Origin: Chrysomallon squamiferum
Lineage: Eukaryota > Animalia > Mollusca
Assembly: GCA_012295275.1 (NCBI GenBank)
Contig: CM022678.1
Coordinates: 2,232,001 to 2,296,000, forward strand
Length of the DNA: 64,000 bases
Reading direction: 5' to 3'
Shown here: one piece after another, positions 26,395 to 39,404 of the stretch
Layout of the letters: each line of letters opens with the position of its first letter
Position numbering within the stretch: the first letter of the stretch is position 1
The notes under the pieces: generated by a model
Seen by the model: only the letters and a program-made list of their open reading frames with translations
Databases searched by the model: none
What the model was told of the DNA's origin: nothing
Program-made: the position numbers and the translations under genes

Positions 26395-26735
26395 CAACTA
26401 GAAGCTAAACAAGGAGATTTTAGAAATTGTGACAGAGCTTCTTGAAAAAGTTGTAGATGTAAATATTAAAAACAGTGAAGGTGAAACTCCTCTTTTTGTA
26501 GATGAATGGTATGGAGGGATCAAAGAAGTTTTGTATTGACTGGAACATGGAGCTGATCCTAATTTAACAGACAGTGATAACATGATAATATAGAAATTGT
26601 CACAGCACTGGTTGAAAAAAGTGTTGATGTAAATGTTATTAATTCCAGGGCAGAAGCTCCTCTTGTTAAAATTAACAGTTCCAGATTTCATCTGAAGAAA
26701 ATGTGAATTGTTCTGTGTTTAGTGGAGAACAGTGC
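26395..26735 (+). pseudogene. Decayed ankyrin units downstream of the stop codon
   Basis: The stop is TTA>TGA within the consensus VLH; further units follow with an indel, a stop (tattga) and deletions. Confidence 0.8.
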
Positions 26736-29719
26736 TAAAGATTGATTCAAAACCCCCTAAAGTTTTCAAACTACACACTGTCACTTATAGGTGAGAATAT
26801 TTTAAAAATGTTTGGAAATAATATTTTAGTATGAAATGTATGTTTATAATAAACAGAAAAATTATTAAGAAGAAATCTGATTTTTTTTGGTAATTTCTCT
26901 GGTTCAGAGTTGATCTTAATTTTCTACTGCATGCTGAGACAGTTTTACTTCTGATGTAGTTTTATTTTGAACTGCTTCACTTGTACTTATTTTTACTGTA
27001 GTGTTGTGTCAGTGTAAGTAATTGTGTGTTAAGTATTATGTACAGTTTTAACCTTTCAACTGAAAAGTATAATTACTGATGAGCCAGGCCACATTTTCAA
27101 AATAAAATTTGTGAACAAATACACTGTGATGAAGAGTTAAATCCAGTGTAAGTGTGTAACTACATTGCTGTGTAGTCTGGTGTGTATGTCTAAATGCTGT
27201 AAATTGTTGCTGTTCAGATACTGAATTGCTCTACTGTGTTCTCTCCTATGTCTGTCCTAATATTCTATTAATGTATGGTTTAGTTTCTGTTTCTATACAA
27301 ATATTGAATTACTATATTGTATAGTCCATTGTATTTATTGAAATATTGTATTAATGCATGGTGTAATTATTGTTTCTCTACAAACACTGTATTATCATAT
27401 TGTACATTGTCTATCATTTCTGTTGTATAGATACACCATACGTAAAAAGAAATAATGTAATACTGTGTATGTTTATGAAATTTTCGGTTGATTTTTGCTT
27501 TTCACTGAAACACTTTGGACATTCATTGCACAGTTCAGTTCTAAAATGATGCTAAGACATTCAGTCAGTGAAAAATCAGGTTTATCAATTATCACATTTG
27601 ACTAAATTATCAGCAGAAAATAGAGTAACACAATTATTAAAGCAAATGTAAGTTTTCATTATTAATACATTTTGTTTACATTTATATAATTAATAGAAAC
27701 CAGTGCACAGTAATGTAGAGAGTTAACATTTTCATACACTTCTATATATATATAAAATTAGGAAGCTCTAAATAATCAGTAAATATAAGTTAAAATTGGA
27801 ATATTTTTGGTTAATAATACATACATACATATGTATCATCTGTTTAATAATTATAAACTAATAATAAAGTAACTACAAATTAAAATTTATATTTAATAAT
27901 GTTTACATTTATCTATTTAATAATTATAAAATAGTGAATAATTAATTAAATTTAAGTTTAAGTTAGAAATATTTTTAGTTAATAATGCCTACATGTGACT
28001 TGAATAATTATAAAATAGTGAATAATTAATAAAGTTGATGTAATTTTAATTTAGGAATATTTTAAAATAATAATGTTTTGAGGAATGTATTGGACTTTAA
28101 ATTACATTGAATGATGGTATTGGGTTTCTTTTGTTTTTTTGTTGTTGTTTTTTTGGGTGTGCATCTTGATGTTTCTTTCCTGGCAGAAATGGTTTGATAC
28201 ATAATATATTTTTGTTATTAAATTAAAGAGATTTTTTATTCATGTTATTTTTTTTTGTTAAATTGTAATTTTTTTTATTATTATTACTAAACAATGTAGT
28301 ATTAAGAAATAATTGTACATTACTGAATTTTTGTTTTGTTTTTATTTACAACTATTGAAGTGTTACTATTAGTATTATTATTATTTAACATTATTTGGGC
28401 AATGTAACAGTCCTTAAATTATATTGAGTAATTGTACTCTATAAATATTTTTAATCTGTTTTACTGATTGTTTCCTTGCAGAAATTAGTTTAGGCATGAT
28501 ATTTTGTTATTGAATTTTTAGTTTTTGAAATCATCTGAAGTAATTTTCAGTTTTAAAATTCATTCTAGTATTAAAGAATTTTTATTATTATTATTTATTG
28601 AGTACTGATGAATGAAAAATGTTTGCTTAGTATTTTAGTTTTAATGTACAGATGTTTGATTTACAATTATACAAAGCAGAAAAAAAAGTTTTGTTTAATG
28701 TTACATAAACAATGTATGAAAAGATCTAGTTTATGTAAATTTTTGTATTACTCTCATTCAGATATTTCTAAAAATATATATTTGTTGTAATTATATATTA
28801 TATACAGTTAATATTTTTCATACAGTTATTTTATTGTCATATAGTATATACTGAATAAGGAAATAATTCTTGGTTTTTATATTATTATTATTATTATTAT
28901 TAAGGAACCTATCCTTTTTTTAAAACTTATCTATGTATATATTTTGTTTTCTTATTTAATTTGCATGATAGAATGTTTTTACTACCTTTATTTTGTGTAC
29001 CAACTAACTTTAGATCTAACTTCAACTTACCGTTTTATTATTAACTGTATCTTTAATTAATGGATTAAAAAGGAGAAATGCTGTTTGTCTCCCATTTGTT
29101 ACACGTCCAGCTGTTACACATCCAGTTGTTACATATCCAGTTGTCACAGTCAGTTGACTGATTTTCTTAGCCAACACCTATAATATTAATGTAATAGTCA
29201 CTAGTGAACAAGTGTTTTTTCATTTTCTTCTGATCACAAAAAATAACGAAACAGAAAGAAATCACTAAATGCTATAAAGAAAACATCACACATAAAAAAT
29301 ATAATAATAATAATAGAATTAAAGAAAGCAAAAAATCCCAATTTTTACATAGTTGAAGACCGGCACATACTTTATGTACCACTGAATGTGGTACATATAT
29401 ATTTATGTACTTTCAGTAAGCTTGTCTTATGATAAAACGCCACAACAGGGTTTTCTCTACGACTGTCACAAGATATTTTTGTTTGCACTTTCAGAAAGAG
29501 GAAATCAGACTAATAAAATACTTGGTCTGGTTGGTTGTGAAAGTTACCTGATAGTTGGGTTGTCTTAAGCTGTTGTTTTTGTTGGGATTAGCGGGAAATT
29601 AATTAACATTCCAGTGTCATCGATAATCAAACTGCTTTAAACTGCTTTAAACTGCTTTGTTTTAACTTTGTTTTAACTTCTGGTATATTGCAATAGAGAT
29701 TAATTCCTTAATTATTCCC

Positions 29720-30093
29720 TAAGCTAATTGTGTAACAACTGGAAGATGAGTCTATTATTGTATGCTAGGTAACTAAGCTAACTGTGTAACAACTGGAAGA
29801 TGAGTATTATTGTATGCTAGGTAACTAAGCTAATTGTGTAACAACTGGAAGATGAGTCTATTATTGTATGCTAGGTAACTAAGCTAATTGTGTAACAACT
29901 GGAAGATGAGTCTATTATTGTATGCTAGGTAACTAAGCTAATTGTGTAACAACTGGAAGATGAGTCTATTATTGTATGCTAGGTAACTAAGCTAACTGTG
30001 TAGCAACTGGAAGATGAGTTTATCATTGTATGCTAGGTAGCTAAGCTAATTGTGTAACAACTGGAAGATGAGTCTATTATTGTATGCTAGGTA
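29720..30093. repeat. 54-bp minisatellite, 7 units (TAAGCTAATTGTGTAACAACTGGAAGATGAGTCTATTATTGTATGCTAGGTAAC)
   Basis: Direct tandem repeats; only two units in the paralogous copy at ~51585-51683. Confidence 0.93.
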
Positions 30094-30450
30094 GAGGGCA
30101 TCTGATTACCAATTCGGTCATGAACTGTGTTTTTATAAGGCGTGTGACAAATGGATGTGTACAAAATGGGATGATACTGATAAGAGTGGCACTTGATTGT
30201 GAAAGTCCATTAAACTGCTAATGTCTTAAAATAATAATTAAATATCATAAAACTAATTTTATTATATTGAATACTAAATGAGAAATATAACAAATGTCAT
30301 TAATATGTGTGTGTGAGACCAATATAGCCTTGTTAAATAAGTAAATACTAAATCTGAATTGTGTTGAATTGAATTAGTTTAGAATTTACTGTATCACTAA
30401 TTTCTTTAAGATGTTTATTTTATATATATTCTAATGGTAATTATTATTAT

Positions 30451-30481
<31 letters not shown>

Positions 30482-30500
30482 ATGGAGTGTATTGTAATTA

Positions 30501-30554
<54 letters not shown>

Positions 30555-30842
30555 ACAGTGTAATGTAATGCCATTAACAGTTATAATAAATATGCTTTAC
30601 AAATGATTATTACTTTTGTTTTCTTTATCAGATGAAGTACATTTAAAAAACAAAACCACACTGCAGTGGAATAATTCAGTGTACGAGTTCAGCCTGACTT
30701 TCACTAGTGACACTGAATTACACACCAGCATGTCTGCAAACTCTGCTAATGGAATCTTCCATGCAAGTAAATTGTGGAATGTCCTAACAAAACACAGACC
30801 CAGTTTATTATGTTAATTTCCTCACAAAAAGTAAATTAGTCA

Positions 30843-31310
30843 TGTAATGTTTGACATGTTTTAGTGTAGATTCTCTAGGTTAGAGGTGGAAGGCAATATT
30901 TGTTATGTTTCAATGTATTTTCTTAGGAATTGGGGTGGAGTATGATAAATGTAATGTTTGGTATGTTTCAGTGTGTATTCTCTAGGTTGGGGTAGAGTAT
31001 GATAAATGTAATGTTTGGTATGTTTTAGTGTATATTCTCTAGGTTCGGGTAGAGTATGATAAATGTAATGTTTGGTATGTTTCAGTGAATATTCTCTAGG
31101 TTGGGGTAGAATATCAAATGTAATGTTTGGTATGTTTCAGTGTATATTCTCTAGGTTGGGGTAGAGTATAATAAATGTAATGTTTTGTATATTTCAGTGT
31201 ATATTCTCTAGGTTGGGGTGGAGTATAATAAATGTAATGTTTGGTATGTTTCAGTGTATATTCTCTAGGTTTGGGGTAGAGTATGATAAATGTAATGTTT
31301 GGTATGTTTC
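30843..31310. repeat. 57-bp minisatellite, about 8 units (AATGTAATGTTTGGTATGTTTCAGTGTATATTCTCTAGGTTGGGGTAGAGTATGATA)
   Basis: Direct tandem repeats, period 57. Confidence 0.92.
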
Positions 31311-31419
31311 AAGCTGGTGGCTCTGGAACTAAAGTGGGAATGATGATTTCAAACAGCAGCATAGAAAACAACATATTCATCAATCCAAGTATATTGACTG
31401 TGTTGGTAAATAAATAATA

Positions 31420-31845
31420 TATATATATATATGTATGTATGTATGTATATGTAATAAGAACATTTTATTGAATATATATTGACTGAGTATATATGTGAGT
31501 TTTGTGTTACTTGTAGCCAGGTATTTCAGACTGATGTCACTCACAGTACAGCATCTCAGTAATCAGGTCTTTCTCCTGTTTTTATATCTGCTTCCACATT
31601 CCTTGCGAAAAACACCATAACAAAATTCAAATAAAAAAATGTTTCCCGAAATGTTGGCTGTTGACAGTACATTATGCAGTAGGTTGTTATAAACAGAGTT
31701 CATTGTAATATCTTTAGTCTGCATAAAAACAATCTGAATTCTTTTGTCTGTAGAAAAAAACAGCATACTCTCTGGAATCTTTGACAAGAAAATATAATCT
31801 CTTATGTTTGTGTAAAAACTTGAATCTCTTTCAAGTGTCAAAAAA
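31420..31845 (-). mobile_element. Probable LINE 3' end remnant
   Basis: Minus-strand YTNIRDYIFLSKI...KRIQIVFM resembles LINE ORF2 C-termini, followed by AATAAA and a (TACA/TA)n tail. Confidence 0.4.
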
Positions 31846-32732
31846 AGAAGGAAAAAGACAACAATGTATAATATGTTTAGTCTATTTTTATTTTGGTTTC
31901 AGTGTGCATTAAGATTAAATAATCATATGAAATACTACATGTGTTTGTGTTTGTATGTGTATGTGTATGTATATGCATGTGTATTTGTGTGTGAATGTGT
32001 GTATATGTGTATATGTGTGTGTGTGTGTATATGTGTATTTATGTAGATGTGTGTATGGGTGTATGTATGTGTATGTGTCTGTGTGTGTATGTGTGTGTGT
32101 GTTTGTGTGTAAATAAAGTGACCATGTGTTCCTTTATGAAGGGGAAATAACTTTACCTGTTGCTACAGAGGATTTCAGTTAATAAACAGTTTATAAATTA
32201 TTATATTTTCATTTTTAGTCAGAGAACACACTCTGTTTCTGTTAAAACAAATTTATGTTTGAAATAAAAATAAAATAATAATAAAAATATATATATAATA
32301 ATAAAAGCATTGTATGACTAAAGGGAAAAATAATTTTATTTAATATTAACTGTTTCTAGTATCACAGACCGAGAAATACAGGTTGATTTTTCAAGTCAAT
32401 GCAAGGTATTTCATGTAAATATTGAAGACAGTTAAATAAACATAAAAATTTACAAACTACAAGCAGAGTGATGAATAAAACCTGGACCCAACCTGGGACT
32501 TGATTTGAAAACTTGTCTTGTTCTGTACATTCAACAGTTATAATACTAAAATATAATTTAGAATTTTGTTTGAAACAAAATAAGTAAATAAAAGAAGGAA
32601 AGAAATAATAAAAAATATAGTAATTTAAACAAATACAATATTTACTTTCTGATAATTCAGTTTAATCCATCTTTAGACATTAGCTGAGTGTATGTTATTA
32701 AAACGTATCATATTTTAATTATTTTATTATTA

Positions 32733-32795
<63 letters not shown>

Positions 32796-34059
32796 CTATT
32801 ATTTGTTTATTTATTTATTTGTGTTTCTCATTTTGTCATTTTCATGAAGAAATGGGGTTACAGATGGATTTCATTTTATCATATATTAAAGGTGCTTTGG
32901 TTTTTATAGTGGAATTATACCAAAGAAAACGGATATTCTCTTAAAGAAGGAGCTCTCTTTTTAAGAGGAAGTTTAATGAACATATTGTCATGGCTGCTTC
33001 CATGTGATAAAACGTTTTGTGAAGTAGAAATCGTTATCGAAAAATCATGCCAAAACCCGTATACATTCAGATGTCGTTGATGAAAATGTAAGGTAACTTT
33101 TAGTTTTACAAACCTTTGTGATTATTCATCGCAGCGATAGTAACTTAATAATTAATTATTGACAGTCTGAGTATTAATATTTGATTAATATTAATAATGT
33201 AACATAGTAATAATCATTATAATGATGTAAATGGTAAGTTAGTAATTGAAATCTGTTATCTGTTTAGGTGATATGTTACGTTTTTCATATCGAGTGATTA
33301 AATTGACTGAATTCGACAGAGCTGCTATGATGTCTGATGTAGTGATAGTAAAATCACAGCTCTTTGAAATAATGAAAATCGTTGGATCATGTATTTTATT
33401 AAATATTAAAAATAATGTTATATTCCTTCCACTTTTAAAAAGTTAAATATCAGTGTGCAAGAAGATGGACGCAAATCTGTAGAATTTCGACCTTTGTGTA
33501 AGTATAATTATTTACATTATTTTTAATTGTGTATGAACACATTTTTTTGTTTCTGGTTGGAAATAAACTGTAAAGGCTTAACATTTCTCAGAAATCTCCT
33601 GACCTAGATTTATTTAATTTTATTAAAATCAATAACTATTTATAATTGAAACTTATTTGTAACTTGTTTGGTATCTGCACTTATTTGAGCCATTAATACA
33701 CAGTGTATTGTTTTTATTTATTTATATATCACGAATGGTTTTGTTAATATACCTGTCCTTGTCCTGTGACAGGTTTATCAGAAGTTACGAAATACTATTT
33801 TCCTGTGTTGTAGACGATACACATAAAACTTTTTATTATTAATTTAAAAAACAAGATCAGCTACTACAACACAAAGTGAGTTTTCTCTTTCACCACTTCT
33901 GTTTCTGACAGCACTGTATAATGAGTATATTTAAAAAAATAAAAAAATAAAAAAATAAAATTAATAAATAGAAAAATAAACCTTTCTTCCTATTGTCAAA
34001 AATATTTCTATTTTAGTTTTACGAGCTGGTGTGATAAGTCAGGCTCATGGATCATGTAT

Positions 34060-34365
34060 TATACACAAATAAACCATACTAAAGTTATATATGTAACCAT
34101 AATACACATCAAAACTATACTGAAGTTATACATGTAAGTATTATGTACAACAAAACCATACTAAAGTTATATGCACATACAAAACTATTCTAAAGTTATA
34201 ATGTAAGTATTATATACAACAAAACTATATTAAAGTTATACATGTATTATACACATCAAAATGATACTAAAGTTATATACACATACAAAATGAGAGTAAA
34301 GTTATGTGTATCTGCAAGTATTACACACAACAAAACAAGAGTAAAGTTAAGTGTTTGTAAGTATT
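34060..34365. repeat. Degenerate tandem repeat (CAAAACTATACTAAAGTTATA...TACACA)
   Basis: About 8 recurrences of AAAGTTATA at 28-42 bp spacing. Confidence 0.7.
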
Positions 34366-36079
34366 ATAAAATAAATCTTTTATTTGAATTTACATGTAAA
34401 TTTTAGTCAAGTAAATTGTGAAGTTTGTCGTGTATTTAGACATGTTTGAATTTACCTGTGTTGTACAATTTATAGGTTTGACTTCCAGGTAAAACTGTGG
34501 CCTTCAACCAACATGTACAACTAGTATCTGAATTTACCTGTATTATGTTCAGTGCTTGCAGGTGAATCTGTGGCTTGGCCTATGAATTTACCTGTGTTGC
34601 ACAGTTTATAGGTGTGGCTTACAGGTAAAAGTGTATAACCGTTCAATACTGTTACACCTGTACAGGTTTTGTTTTGTTCACACAGGTATGGGCCACGTGA
34701 AGTGTTAAGGAAGGAAGACTTCAGCATGAAGGGACAGCTGACCTGCGAGTTCAGGTTCGCAACGTTTTCCTGCAGACAACGTCGACAACACCAGCAAGAC
34801 AGCGAGGAGAAAGACTACTCACTTCAAATCCTGGAAGCTCTTGAACCAGCTGTCTGTCTGGTGAGTTTGTATGTATGTCTGTCTGTCTGGTGAGTTTGTA
34901 TGTGTGTCTCTCTGTCTGTCTGGTGAGTTTGTATGTCTCTATCTGTCTAGTGAGTTTGTGTGTGTGTGTCTTTGTCTGTGAGTCTATTTGTTATAATTTA
35001 TAGACTAATATATAATTTAACTTTAATCATAAGAACAGTAATCCTACAATAATCTAAAAAATAATGATGGCAGAAACTTAAAACAAAATAAATTGACCAT
35101 TTTGTTGCACACTTTACTTTATGAATTTTCTTTTTTGACTGATAAAAACTGATGCATTTTTTTTTTTTTTTTTGTCTACACTAAACAAAACCTAAAAATA
35201 CAAGCCTAAATGATTTCCTGTGCTTTAAAGTAGTTGTATTACAGGTTTGTTGTTAAATTGTTGATTTGTTAATACTAACGAGAATTCAGAATATATTTTC
35301 TATAATTTCAGATGATTATTATGTTTTTCCATAAAATGTAGGTAAATTTAATACTTAGAAGTATTCAGAATATATTTTGTATAATTAATGAAGATCTGAA
35401 CATCCTTTCCATTATATATTAGTTCTAATAAATAAATAAATTAGAATGTTTTCCCTTATAGATAATTTCAAAATAAATTATTATCATTTCATTTATAGAC
35501 AGAGAAAATGCTCTGTTTCTGTTAAAACCAATTTATTTTTTATTTACAGATTGTCCAATGAGATGACTGGTGGGCGTGGTAACAGTAACAAGTAAAACAA
35601 AAACCTGTCAATCAAAATCTTTGACATGGGAGGTAGAAGGAAAAGCTCATCTGTTGACCCAGGTCAGTCCACTGCAGAGCTTGAAGTAGTGAGTAGTGAT
35701 GTAGTAGGACAGAACACAGTGTGCAGTTAAGTGTGAAAACAGTGTCTACTGAAGTAGTATCAACTTTGTCAGTCTGTCTGTCTCTCTGACATTGGTCTCT
35801 TCATATTATTAAAAAATAAAATTACTTTCTCAGTATCAAAGCAATACTACTTCTACTAGTATTACTGCTGCTATTAATATAATATGTTTATCAATTTGGT
35901 TTCAGTAATAATTTAATTTTAGTTTATTTTATCAAATCAGTTACATGTGTACTGTGTCAGTAGTTCGTTTGGTGTTTTACAAATTGTCTCCCTTTGTCCG
36001 TTTATTTATTATGATATTCGTTTATTGAATGGATAATCTGCCTTTAATTTTATTTTGCTTTACTTTTACTACAACTGTT

Positions 36080-36114
<35 letters not shown>

Positions 36115-36307
36115 TATTATTATTCCTTTCTTGTAGTAAGGATAATCTCTCTTTAATTATTTTATTTTTATTTACTAGTACTATTATTACTATCATCATC
36201 ATCATCATCATTATCATTTTTATTCCTTTGTTGATAATCTCCCTTTAATTATTTTACTATTATTACTACTACTACTATTATTATTATTACTACTACTACT
36301 ACTTCTG

Positions 36308-36342
<35 letters not shown>

Positions 36343-36389
36343 ATTACTACTACTACTACTACTACTACTACTACAGTTTCTATATTTAG

Positions 36390-36647
36390 ATTGAACTTCG
36401 GCGACAAGACCAGTCACTCACCAGACAGCTTCTCGGCATTAGATGTGAGCTGTCACAACTCAGACTGAGTCGAAGCTGCGAGAGGCACCAGGACATGCTG
36501 GATGATGCGCAGTGGGAAATGGAGGAATTTCAGCAACTGTCAAGAGTGCTCGATATTCCGTGCTACAGCTGTCTGTCTCCAGATCCTCTTAAACATATCG
36601 GTGTAACAAAAATGAACATCAGCACAAGATGATTTTCAACTTGTTAG
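36390..36647 (+). pseudogene. FAM167: FAM167-family terminal exon with premature stop at 36630
   Basis: tttag acceptor, then IELRRQDQSLTRQLLGIRCELSQLRLSRSCERHQDMLDDAQWEMEE...[19 protein letters not shown]. This matches the recalled FAM167A C-terminus (EMRLQDQQLARQL...[20 protein letters not shown]). No upstream exon recognised. Confidence 0.85.
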
Positions 36648-37909
36648 TTTTAAATATTTTATTTTAATATTTATTTGATTTTGCTTCATTCTATTTTATT
36701 TTATTTTATTTTTTATTTATTTTTTTTTTTTTTACCATTTATTTTATTATTATTATTTTTTATTTATTATTTTATTATTATTATTATTATTATTATTATA
36801 ATATATATTTTTGACGACATTGTTAAATAATTCAATGAACAAAAGGATCAATGAAAACGATGTTTGTTGTATGAAATGGAGGAAAATATAAACTAATCAA
36901 AAAGTTACCTCGAAACAATGAAATGTTAACAAAATAATAATAAAATGTTCTAGATATGTTGACATTAATTCTAGATGTACATATTTATCTAAATTACATT
37001 TGATTTTCTAGTTTAGTTCATGCAAGAAACAAACATGGTTGCAAATTAAAACAACTTGAAAATGTGATCCTGTCTTTGTACACTGATGTAGCTGTTAATA
37101 CTCTAGTAGACTATTTCTGTTATTCTATTTCAGATACATCAACAACATATACGTAAAACATTTCAACAATGATATTGAATATTTATTATTATATTACATA
37201 TAAGAATGAAAACAGAATAAATGTAATAAAGTTCAATAAAAATATTAATTTACATATAATAATGAATACAACACAAATGCAATACTGTTGAATGTTTATT
37301 TAATGGTTTACATACAGTGATGAATGCTATTGATGGTTATTTAAACTGTTTTGACAAACTAAATATTTATGCCTTTGTTTTGTAAATCAAATAAAAAAAT
37401 ATTTTATTTTTGTTTTTATTCGTCATTTTTGTTGTATATATATTTTTAATTAATTGTGTGACCCATCCATATTTGTTAATGTGTATGTATGAGCATGTAT
37501 GTGCTTTGTAATTATGTCATGTGTTTTGAATATGTCTATGGATTTGGATAAGATCATTTTTTTTAAAAATATATCCGTACATGTTGATTGTGTTTGTTTT
37601 GTCTTCATTTAATTTTTATGTTTTATTTCTCTTCATTGTCTGTGATTTTTTTACACATTTAAATTGCACATTAGGGTGGTTTTATTCCGTTACAAACATC
37701 TGTTATAATTATTATTATTATTTTTTTTTTTTGACTTTTCTTTACATCAGTACACTTTCCACCAATCTTACCGAATTTAAATTTTATAAATTTATTTAAA
37801 TACATCACTTGTTTAATCACGTATTATCGTTAAATGATTAGTATTCATTTACAACAATACAGGCATTTTCAATAATACGCATACAAACATTCTCACTTTT
37901 TGTAAATGC

Positions 37910-38550
37910 AGTGACTGTTGACTGTTTATTTAAAATTTAACAGTCAAACTTTTCAGTGGCGATCCCGCAACTCGGCTTTCGTTTCAGTTTTCATTTAAAA
38001 GTAATTATGAACTAATAAAATTACAGTATTTCTGTTTTACCTAATTAATTTTTTGCATTGTTGTATTTGTTCGTAACTGTTAATGCCCGCATTGATAACA
38101 GGTTAACAGGTTAACATTAAATATCCAAACAAGCGGTATATTTTAAGTAGGTATGCAGGAAGTAGGCCTGACTCTGTGACCTGTATTGCGTATCAGTGGC
38201 TGCCTTTTTGTTGTATTGACTGGTCGTTGTTTTAGAAAGATGGTATCAATAACGGTTCAGTCATCTCATAAAGCAGGCGATGGAGGCCGAAATAATTTTG
38301 TAAATGTTTGAGAATGAAATCTTTATTATTAAAAGTTAATGTTTTCGCTCTAGTTAACTTTTCAAGTAAACTAGTTTGAACCTCGATTTCTGGTCCAAGC
38401 CGCAGCCCAGTTTATATTTTACGTGACCCACGTGATTTTTTATCTCGATAAACATTAAAATTTACTTTGATTCCTTTCAATAATTCCATTTTTCACTGAA
38501 TAAAACAATTATTAAAAAGTAAAGATGATCATAAATTGTTGTAATCACTG
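37910..38550 (+). other. Paralogous copy of nSTAND3-ANK intron-1 sequence (14430-14745 plus 15860-16170)
   Basis: Shared strings such as TTTTTGCATTGTTGTATTTGTTCGTAACTGTTAATGCCCGCATTGATAA and GAGGCCGAAATAATTTTGTAAATGTTTGAGAATGAAA. Confidence 0.85.
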
Positions 38551-38959
38551 TAGCATGGACGAACAGGAACGATAACTCGTAACGGCACAAATCACGTCGC
38601 CGGAAAAAAATGCCTTCAGAATTTAATGGATGCAAACTACACCTGAATGTTCTTCTGTTGGGTTCTGACACGGAGAATATTGCCAATCAGAACAGTTAAT
38701 ATATTAATCTTTTCACGAATTATAATTTTAGTTTATTATGCACGCGTTTGCATTTGTTTTAATTTATTTTATTTTACTTTATTGTTCAAGTTTTACTTTT
38801 TAATGTTGGTTATGCCCTGTTTACATTTTCCCCTGTAATCTCAGTAGGAGTCACACGACAAACAGACATATTTTAATCTAGTCTATCTACATCTAAGTGC
38901 ACTTCATTCTAGATCACCCGTTTATTTCTATATACAAATTAGAACACACACACACACAC

Positions 38960-39013
<54 letters not shown>

Positions 39014-39047
39014 CAATGTGGGAGGGGGAAACAACAACAACAACAAC

Positions 39048-39080
<33 letters not shown>

Positions 39081-39404
39081 CATAATAATTATAATAATAA
39101 TCATAGTTCTTTCTTCGCACAACATTTGTTTTCTAAATTTAAAAAAAAATAATCTTTTTTTGTACTATGCAGCACATAAACCACGAACTCTCAAACACAG
39201 AGAGAATGATAATTAGAACAGACATGACGTAACTTTGCACAACGGAATTATTTATATTTCCTTCTGCTGTTCACAATTAATAAAAAGGAATTTTGTTAAT
39301 TTCTTCATCAAGGCTAATGAATATTTTCTCCACGATTACTTTGGCTACGCCTGTGATAGCTGTTGAGTACATATTGTGCCCGTTTTAATGTACCTCTGAC
39401 TTAG

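Noticed and set aside
23330-26560. CRISPR- or DGR-like reading of constant repeats with variable inserts
   Set aside because: The repeats are in-frame ankyrin coding units, variation is not evidently adenine-restricted, and there is no intact RT; nearby RT-related pieces are decayed LINE ends.
21862-26691. Minus-strand ORFs within the NTPase-ANK exon
   Set aside because: Antisense shadows of the repetitive coding strand.
35660-35720. VHC...GRT-like PTP catalytic motif
   Set aside because: Needs several indels and stops to read; not supportable without alignment.
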